From: Eledone cirrhosa
Lineage: Eukaryota
Reading direction: 5' to 3'
Length of the DNA stretch: 64,000 nt
Assembly: GCA_964016885.1 (NCBI GenBank)
Contig: OZ024742.1
Location: 93,806,001 to 93,870,000 of the forward strand
Part shown: positions 53,455 to 64,000 of the stretch, one piece after another
Layout of the letters: each line of letters begins with the position of its first letter
How positions within the stretch are numbered: the first letter of the stretch is position 1
Position numbers and translations under genes: made by a program
The notes under the pieces: model-generated
What the model was told of the DNA's origin: nothing
Seen by the model: the letters and a program-made list of their open reading frames with translations, nothing else
The model's database searches: none

Positions 53455-54145
53455 GTGGTGGAACACCGAAAGGTAATATCCGTAGTGGTAGAGCACTCAG
53501 TCCATGGGACGAGTTAGGTAGAAGTGGTTACACAACAGTTAGTTCACCATACCGAGAACAATTGTTTCACCTTAGCGGATCCTCAGCTCGGAATGGGCAT
53601 GGTTATAAAAAACAGGAAGGACAACCGTACGAACGCGCATGCGCAGAAACCCGGTCACTTCACACAGGCAATACTAGACTGCGTGCGAGAGGTGTAAGGG
53701 AGATAACTGCGAAAGTTCGAACAGTTTTTAGGTTGAAAATAAAATTACAAAGAATCAGGGGAAATCCGATGTGTGGTTTATGTATTGACGAACGAATAAC
53801 TATTCTAAAGAGATTACGCAATAGTGATTGCCTAAACACGAGAAATGAATTTTTCACACGTTGTCCACACGTCGCCAAACACCTATTGCATAACTACAAG
53901 ACTCCGGACTGATTCTTTGTAATTTTATTTTCAACCTAATATTTTTTCGGACTTTCGCAGTTATCTCCCTTACACCTCTCGCGCGCAGTCTAGTATTGCC
54001 TGTGTGAAGTGACCGGGTTTCAGCACATGCGCATTCGTACGGTTGTCCTTCCTGTTCCTATAACCATGCCCATTTCGAGCTGAGTATCCGCTAAGGTGAA
54101 ACAATTGTCCTCGGTATGGTGAACTAACTGTTGTGTAACCACTTC

Positions 54146-54147
<2 letters not shown>
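53455..54147 (+). mobile_element. PLE 3' remnant with ~240-bp inverted arms in (TA)n; spacer encodes a GIY-YIG C-terminus
   Basis: Arms 53519-53758 and 53909-54147; CGLCIDERITIL..LNTRNE..CPH*; tail 53455-53518. Confidence 0.9.
53552..53591 (-). ncRNA. Type I hammerhead ribozyme motif (mirror copy 54076-54113 on plus with core CTGAGTA)
   Basis: Minus strand: CCGAG-CTGAGGA-TCC(gctaa)GGT-GAAAC-AATT-GTT-CTCGG. Confidence 0.8.
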
Positions 54148-54187
<40 letters not shown>

Positions 54188-54323
54188 TATATATAAAGAC
54201 ACACACATACCACATATACGCATTTTACATACATCAGTGTATCAGTTCATATGTAAACCAAAAAGGCATGTAATAGGTAAAAGGAGACACTAATATAAGA
54301 TATCTGTACAAATAGTTACCTAC

Positions 54324-54484
54324 CATTCTGTGGTATTGGTCGATTGCACTATATAGCCTAAGTAATACACAATATGTAGCACATGAAAATCTTCACAAAG
54401 TGTCATTTCATCCACGCCAATTCTATTCGTACTTTGAGAGAATGGCTGACAAAAGCGAACACCAAAAATGTGTGCATCTGTTGT
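54324..54484 (-). CDS. Candidate coding exon of unknown host gene (161 bp, phase 0-2)
   Basis: ttttattttag| ... G|gtaggt; open frame TTDAHIFGVRFCQPFSQSTNRIGVDEMTLCEDFHVLHIVYYLGYIVQSTNTTE. Confidence 0.55.
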
Positions 54485-54569
54485 CTAAAATAAAATTTTA
54501 TTTCATCAAATATCAAATTTGAAATTGTCTTCAAATCTTTAGATCATTTGTGGAAATTACAGGGATATA

Positions 54570-54945
54570 ATAATAATAAAATAATAATAATGAAATTATT
54601 GTGTACAGTGCTCAGGTGCACTACATCTCATCAAAGGTGCATATATAGTACATAGAATAATATACAAATGTCTGGAAAATGAATATTGTATGAATCATGA
54701 TATACATGTGTGCGTGTGTATGGAGGTGGAGGGTATCAGGTATAATGTTGGCGATATTTCAGGAAGCATGGAAGTTTTAAAAGATGCAGTGTCTTGGCAT
54801 CTAACAGCTGATGCAGGTAGTTTGTTCCATGCTTCAGCATCTCTGAGCATGAAAAAATGTTTCCGAAAGTCATGGGTGCTGTGCTGTTTTCTGACTTTGT
54901 AGGTATGCCCACGTGTGTTAGACACATGGAATTCGAAAAGGTACT
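54570..54945 (-). mobile_element. CR1-type LINE 3' fragment
   Basis: TRGHTYKVRKQHSTHDFRKHFFMLR..WNKLP; UTR homologous to 49180-49500; (ATT)n tail. Confidence 0.9.
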
Positions 54946-55071
54946 CAGGGTTGCACAAAAAGATGATGAAACACTTATGAACTACAGAATGTTTGTGTGT
55001 AGATGAATTGTATGTTAGAAAAGATAAACTGTATGATTGTTGATGGCATGTATTGAATGCCATGTAAACAC

Positions 55072-55171
<100 letters not shown>

Positions 55172-55766
55172 CTAATAATGGGAGTGAAGAAATTAGAGAG
55201 TATAAGAGATAGACATGACAGGCTAACATAGTCAATTGACCTATGAAGAGGAGTGGCTCAGTAGGTGAGAACCAACTCTGCTACTATTGGATATCTGCTA
55301 CCAAAGAAACTGTGGGTCGTATCTCTGCTTCTCCTTTTATGATTCTTGCTACAGTGTAGTTAAATGTGTATGTATATATATAAAATGATGATACATTCCT
55401 CCATCCAATCATAGGCCCTGACCTTTTAATCCAATTGTATGGGTACTCTGATAACATAATCTATGTCTTCAGCATTTAAACCTGTTAAAGATTATACCTC
55501 TCCAGGTCTGCATTTTAAGATGTCATGTTATGCTTGGTCAATTGGTAAGATTTTAGTAAAATCTTAGTTATATATTAATGTGCCAAAACATTCAATTAAA
55601 AAATAGGTATTGATTTGAAGACAACAACAAAGTGTTTACATTCAATTTTAATACATACATACATACATACATACACACATACATGCATAAAAGTTTATTG
55701 ATATTCGACTTTTAGATAAAATTCCTCCACTAAAACAAATTATAGGGTGCTGTGTGGAGCAAGTAC

Positions 55767-55821
<55 letters not shown>

Positions 55822-55894
55822 GTGTGTGTGTGTGTATGTATATATATATGTGTGTGTGTGTATGTATATATAGACATATACATATATATATATA

Positions 55895-56327
55895 TCATCA
55901 TCATCATCATCATCAACGTTTAACGTCCGTGTTCCACGCTTGCATGGGTTTGGACGGGGGTAGTCCCACTTGAGGCAAGAGTGATTGTCTTGCTCGCATA
56001 GGACTGTCTGGCAGGTTTTCTACAGTTGGATGCCCTTCCTAACACCAACCACATTTACAGTGTGGGTCTGGGAGGTTTTTACCGTGTTGCCTACACGGCC
56101 ACATTACAGCGTGGACTGTGTGTTTTTTTGTCGTGACACCTACATGATCTCATTTGTTTCGGCCTGGATGGTGTGGCACCAACATAACTTTACATAGAAC
56201 GGGGTGGTGTGGATGGGGTGGGGGTGGTGGGACGGGGGGGGGGGGTATTTTGTTAGAGATGCCTACTGGCTGTAGTAGGTTTTACTATGTATTTAGGTAC
56301 GGCGGGTCGTCTCTGTTACTGAGTACC
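55895..56327 (-). mobile_element. RTE 3' end, near-identical to about 38490-38910
   Basis: Reverse complement of the 3' UTR and (GAT)n tail. Confidence 0.92.
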
Positions 56328-56349
56328 ACCAGTACATACATATACATAT

Positions 56350-56556
56350 ATATCATGACTCATACACTATTCACTTCCCTGACATTTGTATATTATTCTA
56401 TGTACTATACATGCACCTTTGACGAGTTGTAGTGCACCTGAGCACTTTACGCCGAGGTTGACTTTGCCTTTCATCCTTACGGGGTCTATAAAATAAAGTA
56501 CCAGTAATGAACTGGATAATTGCTGGCCTTGTGCCTAAAGTAGAAACAATTATTAT

Positions 56557-56558
<2 letters not shown>
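56350..56558 (+). mobile_element. CR1 3' UTR fragment joined directly to a SINE A 3' half
   Basis: ...GTAGTGCACCTGAGCACT then CGCCGAGGTTGACTTTGCC... Confidence 0.75.
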
Positions 56559-56609
<51 letters not shown>

Positions 56610-57318
56610 TATATATATACACACACACATATACATATATGTAAAATTGTATATGTATATGTGTGTGTGTGTGTATATATTATATATATGTTGATTTATT
56701 CATTTTCCTACAATATACTTACAATGTTTCAGAAAACCGAGTTTTCGCTAAGCTTCATAAATCAATCTATATGATTACTCCAATATAAATATTGAGTTCT
56801 TCTTCTTTTGTGAACTACTAAGATCACTAGATCAGAACACCAGAACTCCATATATATATATATATGTGTGATATACATATATATATATATATATATACAT
56901 AAACACACCGACTGTAAATTCCATAAATCTGTGCATAGATGCATTTCAACAATATATTGTGTGCGTGTATATGTGTGCCTGTCCCTTTTACTTTCTCTCT
57001 CTCTAGGTATATATATATGTGTTTATATATATATATACATAGAGAGAGAGAGAGAGGGGGGGGGGATCATGTGGTTGAATATTTATATTGAGACACTTAT
57101 ATATATGGAGTTATATGTAAAATGATCTTTACATGTGTAAATGCATCTCTAAATATAAGCATGATATCTGTATATGTCTGTAGATGTGTGTGTATATGAG
57201 GCAAATGTAGATTTGAGTAGATATAATGTGTTTGGCGATGTGTGGGGGTCTGTCTATATATACATACACTTATATATATGTATGTATATATATGGGAGTG
57301 TATGTGTGTGATTTTATG

Positions 57319-57363
<45 letters not shown>

Positions 57364-57686
57364 GTGTGAGATAACTTTGTATATATATATATATATTTAT
57401 GCCTGGATATACATGACTCATATGATTTACACAATCATATATTCACACAATAATATGTAACCACCATTACCAAATTCCTTTGATAAAAACCAGAGTGGTG
57501 TCTCATCTTTAGAACAGAATTCTTGTTTTATTACTCTTCAGGCCACCAGGTGGTTGTATGAACTGTAATTTTCTTGTTTAGCAATCTCTATTCTTGCATA
57601 GAATCATATATTCGTAACAACTCAGAAATGACAAATGTGTATATATATATTTATATATATATGTTATGTTGATTTTGTGTATGAAC

Positions 57687-57718
<32 letters not shown>

Positions 57719-58384
57719 GCATGTCTATTTTCTAATGTAATTTAGATGATGTGTCTGTTTGTATAAGTAATGATGCAGTAAATCCCCTTTATCATCATTA
57801 TCATCCTCATCATCGTCTTTGTTGTCATCAACATCACCGTCATCATGATCATCTACATCAGTGTTTCTCAAGGTGGGATATAGCAATATTTTGGTGGGGT
57901 GTATAAGAAGACATATACTATGCCATATACAAATTTTGTCTGATCATGGTGCAGAGAATCGTCATTATTTTGTATGCATCTGTCCATGATAGTACGTGTT
58001 AGATGGGTCAAGGAACAATATCTTACTCAATACATTCCATGTTTGGCACTGTTTCTATGGATGGATGCTTTTCTTAATGCCAACTACTACTTAAAGTATA
58101 CTGGATTCATTTTAACCCATGCTTCTCCAGGTCTGAATACAGATGTTTTTTTTCCGGAGAAAAAGAACAAAAGTTAGAGAGTGAAAGAGAGGGGTAGAGA
58201 AATATATATAGAGAGGAAAGATTGAGAAAGAGAAGAGATAAAGAGAGATAAAGAAGAATTATCCTCAATACTGGACTGGTACATTATTTATTGAATTCAA
58301 ATGAATCAAAGCGAAAGTTGATATAGACAGAATGCTGGAGTGAACATCACAATATATTTTACCCTACATTATAATTATCATCAA

Positions 58385-58576
58385 GGGCGGTGAATTCACA
58401 GTATTAGTAGAGTGTCCGACACCATGCTTTGACACATAGAGTTACACCCCTTTATCGTCTGAGTTCAAATCCCGCGGAGGTTAACTTTGCCTTTCATCCT
58501 TACGGGTTCGATAAAATAAAGTAGCAGTAATGCACTGGGATAATTGCTGGCCTTGTGCCAAAAGTAGAAACAATTA
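58385..58576 (+). mobile_element. SINE family A
   Basis: GGGCGGTG start, B box, conserved 3' end. Confidence 0.9.
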
Positions 58577-58734
58577 TAATTTTCATCATCATCATCATAA
58601 TAATTTAATGTTAGTTTTTCCATCTAAGAAAGGTTGGACAGGTTTTCACAAATAAAGTCAGATTTTAATCAGGGCTAACTTCTCAGATGGGCCAGTGACT
58701 ACATTTAGCTTACATTATCACATTTTAAAGTATA

Positions 58735-59140
58735 TTCTTTTTGAGATCTGAAACCAGACCCCAAATTAAAGAACAACCATGATGTGACATACACTTGAAT
58801 GCTGTACATAGTGTTGAACAGGTCCTGGAAGCAGCATTCCTTGAATGAGCAGCTATATGGACAGATCCCTCCTGTATTAGCTTTAGTTAGGGAAATAAGG
58901 ATAAGATATGCTGGGCACTGCTACCAAAGCAAAGATGAACTTGCTAGTAATCTTCTTTTGTGGATGCCAACCCATAGACATTCTTGCAACAGGCAACCTC
59001 AGGTGACTTATATTGACCAACTGACTAAAGATGTTGGTTTGATAATCATGAAAACATGAATACAGCAATGAGGAACAGAGACATCTGGAGAGGGAGAATG
59101 GAGTTGACCTGAGAAATTTGCTCGATCCAATGATGATGAT
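58735..59140 (+). pseudogene. Degenerate RTE-like LINE 3' fragment (different family)
   Basis: RIRYAGHCYQSKDELASNLLLW..TYIDQL; (GAT)n tail. Confidence 0.75.
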
Positions 59141-62100
59141 AGTGTGTACTGAAAATTTCACTCAACCCTTTGTTTATCAAGTTTTTTATAGCTGGATGTC
59201 CTTCCTGACATCAACCACTTTTCAGAGTGTACTGCGTCTGTTTTATCATGGGGAAACACTATGGAAGTTGTCCTGTTCTTGATATACCTGAAGTGTTTCT
59301 CATCCCTTTTATGGCAAGTTTACTATGGCTTGATGTCCTTCATAATGCCAAACATTTTACAGAATTTTCTTAACAGTCACTACTTGACTGAAGAGCCCTT
59401 TCTTGTCTATGAGGAATAGATGATGACTTGTTGAGAATGAGACAAGTTTACGTGAAAGAAAGAAGGAAAAGTAAGAAGGATGATAATTTTGACTTCATGG
59501 GTGTAAAGAGGGTGATATAAGGGAGATAATGGGTGAAAAGGTATGGCAATTATGAGGATGTGAGAGAGGAAAGGGGTAAAGGTGATTTCAAATAGAGATA
59601 TGATACACTAATGTTAAACAGCTATGACTGGAGTGGTGAGGTTTAACGGGTAGAAAAGGCACTGAAAGCAACACTCAGTACAATGGTGGAGGGTTTCAGT
59701 AATTGTGAAAATATTTACAAGGAGTGGGATAGTGGGTGTGAATGGGTCACATCACATTCTTATTCAGCTACAATGCCATGTTGTTAATTATGTAAGTATA
59801 TGTTTAAAATGACAATACATCCCTCCATCCATCCAAGGGCCCTGAACACTTAATCAAGTTGTAGGGCACTCTCGTAACATACTGAATATCTTCAGCATTT
59901 AAACCTTGTAGAGATTATTCTTCTCCAGATCTGATTCATCTAGAGAAACAAAGAAAACAGGATAGAAAGTGAAAAAGAGTGACAGAGGAAGAAATGGTCC
60001 CAATGCTGCGCAAGTAGATAAATTATTATTGTTAGTTGTAGTATTTCGTATATCATCATAATCATCATTGTCGTTGTAACATCTGCTTTTCCTGCTAGCA
60101 ATGGTGGGGTGGGTTTACAGAGACCAAGTAAGTACAGAAGTAGAGCCACTGATCTCCCAGGCAGATCAGGAAACTATGTCTTGCTTTATGTATGGTTGAC
60201 ACTCCACTGAGCACAAAGAAGTTGTCATTTCTTTGACACAGCTGAGGCTCCTCTCGACCCTTTCATTTGGCAAGATTTCTATGGCTGGATGCCATTCCTA
60301 TCACCAACTACTTTACAGCATGTACTGAGTGCATTTATTGTGTAGATCAACTAACACTAGAGTATCTGCCATGTCCTTGACATGACTGAAAGGTCCTGTC
60401 AATCCTTTATTTGTTTAGCCCTCCATGGTTGAATGTACTTCCCATCACCAACCACTTCACAGGAGGGTGTGGTATCTGCTAGGAATGTGGAGAGGCAGTT
60501 GTAGTATTTTGTATGCTAACAAAAAAAAAAAATTTTTTTGTAAGGAAAATAAATATTTTTCTCGATTTTCCTCAGTGAATATACCACAGAATTGCCAGTA
60601 TCGTTGAGAATGTCAGACAACGCTGTTTCAAGATTTGTTAATCTTTCATCAGTGACACCTTAGCCTGTTCTCACATATATATGTTAGGGGCTTCCACACT
60701 GTTTCCATCTACAAAATTTCATTCACAATGTATTGGTCAACCTAAGGCTATAGTAGCAAACACTTACCCAAAGTACCATACAGTGGGTCTTAACCTATGT
60801 TGTTGCAAAGCAATCTCCTTTAATCACACAAGCATGCCTGCACTATATAATATCTGTGTGTATCCAGTTTATAGTAGGGATACACCATAACCCTGCTTGT
60901 AAGAGGTAACTAAACGTGTTCATGCTAGGAAAGACATCCAGTTGTAAAACTGCTTAAAAAAAGACCATACGATGAGTATGAAATCTATGACGGGGTTATT
61001 CAAGGCTAATGCCTGCTTTGACAGGAAAAATGGTCTTAAAACACTAATTGTTGCTGTTGTTGTTTTAGTTGTTGTTATAGTATATTTATTTAACAGCTAG
61101 ATTCAACATATAGTTTTACCCTTGAGATTTAGATAGAGACATCATCCATTTGATAAGAGCCTGTCTCAATGATAATAAAGGAACTGTATGTCTGTTCAGT
61201 CCAGTCATCCGACAGCTGGACACTTTCTGAGTGTATCTAGTCAACACCTAGACGCTGTGCCTAGCGAGTCAGAAAATACTATTTACCAAAAATAGAAAAA
61301 TGAAAGGAGATGAAGAGTAAAGTTCAATAGTTGTGTTTTCATGAATTTATCTTCAATCTTCATCAACAAAAGATTCAATAATTAAAATATAAAAAAAAAT
61401 ATTCAATAATTAAAGTACAATGAACATAGGAATAGCAGAAATGCCATTGTGTTCCGTAGTTATTGAACCATTATTTTATTAATCGTCTCTTATGTATTAT
61501 TCACGCCATAATTGCGATTTCAATATTCTATTCTTGTCAGTCATCTGTTTATTTAGATCAAGAGAACCAGTGTGTCCTTTTCTTTCCTTTCCTTTTCCTT
61601 TTCGTTTTGTTTTCTTTTTTGTTTTTGTTTCATTATATACTGTATTTTAAGTTTATTTGTGTTTTATTGGTTGCTACCGATTAATCTCTTTCTAAATCTT
61701 CAGTTATGTATTTCATAGAAACCAATATAAATACCTAAATTGAGTGTCAGGGTATTGTTTTCTTGGCCATGTGTTCATATAATTCTTATGTTCTTCCTTC
61801 CTGTGTATATAAAGCAAATATTCAATAACATTTCTAGTCATTTTACTGTGTAGATAATGTATCAAATAGCTGACTGTTAGGTTAACATTTCAAATTCTGC
61901 TAAAACTATTCTGTTTTGTATGTGCAATACTTTGTATGTGCATTTGTATGTATGAATGTATGTATGCATGTATGAATGTATATATGTGTTTCTAGTTTTA
62001 TTATTTCATAAATTTCTACCAAGAATGAGAGAGAGAGAGGGGGGAGATAGAAACAAGATACATTCATTGAAATTTAGACAACAACAACATATGTATGTAT

Positions 62101-62355
62101 ATCTGTGTTTGTGTGTGTATGTGTTTATGTCGGGAGGGATTTTATTGCATGTGAGGATCTGTATGCCTTGAGTTATATGTTTACATGCCATATGTTTCTG
62201 TATCTATACATGTGTATATGCAGTTATTACATGCTGAATTTCTGAAATGTTTTAACATATGTTTACTGTTTTCATTAATTGACTTAAACTATGACATATC
62301 CCACTCTTGGCAGCATAGAGAAATAGAGAACAAACATAAAATTACGATGATGATG

Positions 62356-62407
<52 letters not shown>

Positions 62408-62513
62408 CATACACACACACACATATATATATATATATACATACATACACACACACACATATATATATATGCTAGAATCACTTTGACTCATTTATATATA
62501 TATATATATATAT

Positions 62514-63022
62514 ATAAAATTGAAAAAGTGAAGAATAACAAGGTCAACAGTACAAACAAGGAAATTTATTTACAATCTAACAATTGTTTCCATGATAGAG
62601 ATGTCTAGAAATTGCTAATCGCTGAAGGCAGTGGCACTCAATTTAAAATACATGCAACCTCCATCTTACCGTTATGCATATATTTTGTATTTTCTATTAG
62701 TCTCTGACGAAATGATAGAGGTTGCATGTTTTTAAATTGAGTGCCATTGCCTTCAGTGTTTAGGATTTTCTAGACATCTCTATCATGGAAACAATTATTA
62801 GACTGCAAATAAATTTCCTTGTTTGTACTGTTGACCATGTTTTTCTTCACTTTTTCTATTTTATCACTCCAAGACATATTTACATGGGAATACAAGTGAA
62901 GTCATTAACTCACCATCCACATAAACCTCTTGTTGAGTCACACAACACCGTACACTTAAACTATCCATGATAAGTAGTTTTCACAACCTCTTATTGGATT
63001 ACCTTTAACGATATATTGTTTT

Positions 63023-63025
<3 letters not shown>
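62514..63025 (+). mobile_element. PLE-type fold-back element in (TA)n with HHR
   Basis: Arms about 62514-62661 and 62718-62864; tail to 63025. Confidence 0.8.
62699..62804 (+). ncRNA. Type I HHR motif with enlarged helix II loop
   Basis: AGTCT-CTGACGA-a-ATGATAGAG..57 nt..CTCTATCAT-g-GAAAC-AATT-ATT-AGACT (the left arm keeps GTT). Confidence 0.7.
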
Positions 63026-63060
<35 letters not shown>

Positions 63061-64000
63061 TACAAATATATATACATACAAATATATATACATATATAAT
63101 TCAAAATGTAAATTATACCTTTTTAATAAACATGCAGGTTGGTGTCCCAATCTAGGTTGTTATAGACATAAATTTCATGCTGCTGTGGCAAGAAATATAA
63201 AGGTGAAACCAGTTACCCACTGAATAAAGGGCTAGAGCAGCAGCAGGTGTTTTAAAGTCATTTTCCCCTGCAGGTCAATTCATGTCCATTAATGAGGGAT
63301 TTTTTAATACCATATTTTTCAGCTGGGTACCTTCTTAACCCTACCATTTTAGTTTACTCTTATATTTGAGGATACAATGTACTTATTCTCAACTAAATAC
63401 CTATGGTATAAATATTACTCTAGAAGAACATCATAACCTTGTGATTCATGAGAATACAGAGAAATCAGACATGGTTAAACATTGGTGGAAGTCGCAAAAG
63501 GACGCCACCAAGCCTTGTAGATGAAAGTCAAAATATATAGGGTGTAATTTAAAGAAAATTTGATGGCTGTTTCTTGCAAAATAAGTGAACACTGAGGACT
63601 TAAGCAATAATTAAGTAAAGATAAATAAAATAAAACAAACTAAATGTAAACATAAATCAAAAACAAAAGAGAATAAGTTGGTGATAACAATACATTTGGA
63701 ATGGAACCACAATGCTTTTGAATATGTAATGAACAGAGAACAGTGGAGATTGGTCATATTATGATTGCATTTATTTGTATGCCATATCTAAGGTAAAATA
63801 ATGTTTCCCCATGAAATACTGAAGCATTGAATAAATATTGAGTGAGAGAGAGTGAGTGAGAGATAAAGTGAGGAAGAGAAAAGGAGGAAGAAAGAGAGAG
63901 TGAGTGAGTTGGAGAAAGAGAAAGAGAGAGAGAGAGATCTATGTTTTTCACCGACCTTACAGTTTCATTCACTCATACAAATCATTTTATTACAATTTAT

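Noticed and set aside
53562-53912. 116-aa ORF as a gene
   Set aside because: It is a chimera of an antisense inverted arm and the PLE endonuclease C-terminus.
56695-56850. HHR-like GAAACATTGTA on the minus strand between (TA)n tracts
   Set aside because: The core and stem I are too degraded to call.
61117-61247. Upstream minus-strand exon candidate (VLTRYTQKV...SKSQ)
   Set aside because: It ends in phase 2, incompatible with the phase-0 start at 54484, and has weak splice sites.

Overview
AT-rich, microsatellite-dense animal genomic DNA. The SINE, LINE and microsatellite make-up resembles an octopus/cephalopod genome (inference). Most track ORFs are simple-repeat artefacts. Supported content: Dong/R4-type RLE LINEs in (TAA)n; two long RTE LINEs with a PHD-like finger after the RT; a CR1-type LINE split at its YADD codons by one RTE; many tRNA-derived SINEs; hAT and pogo-like MITEs. 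At least nine fold-back elements, nearly all in (TA)n tracts, are probably Penelope-like element (PLE) ends. Two encode GIY-YIG endonuclease sequence and several carry type I hammerhead ribozyme (HHR) motifs, including U3-A8 core variants. There is also a 2.1 x 494 bp retrozyme-like tandem and four phase-compatible candidate exons of an unidentified minus-strand host gene.
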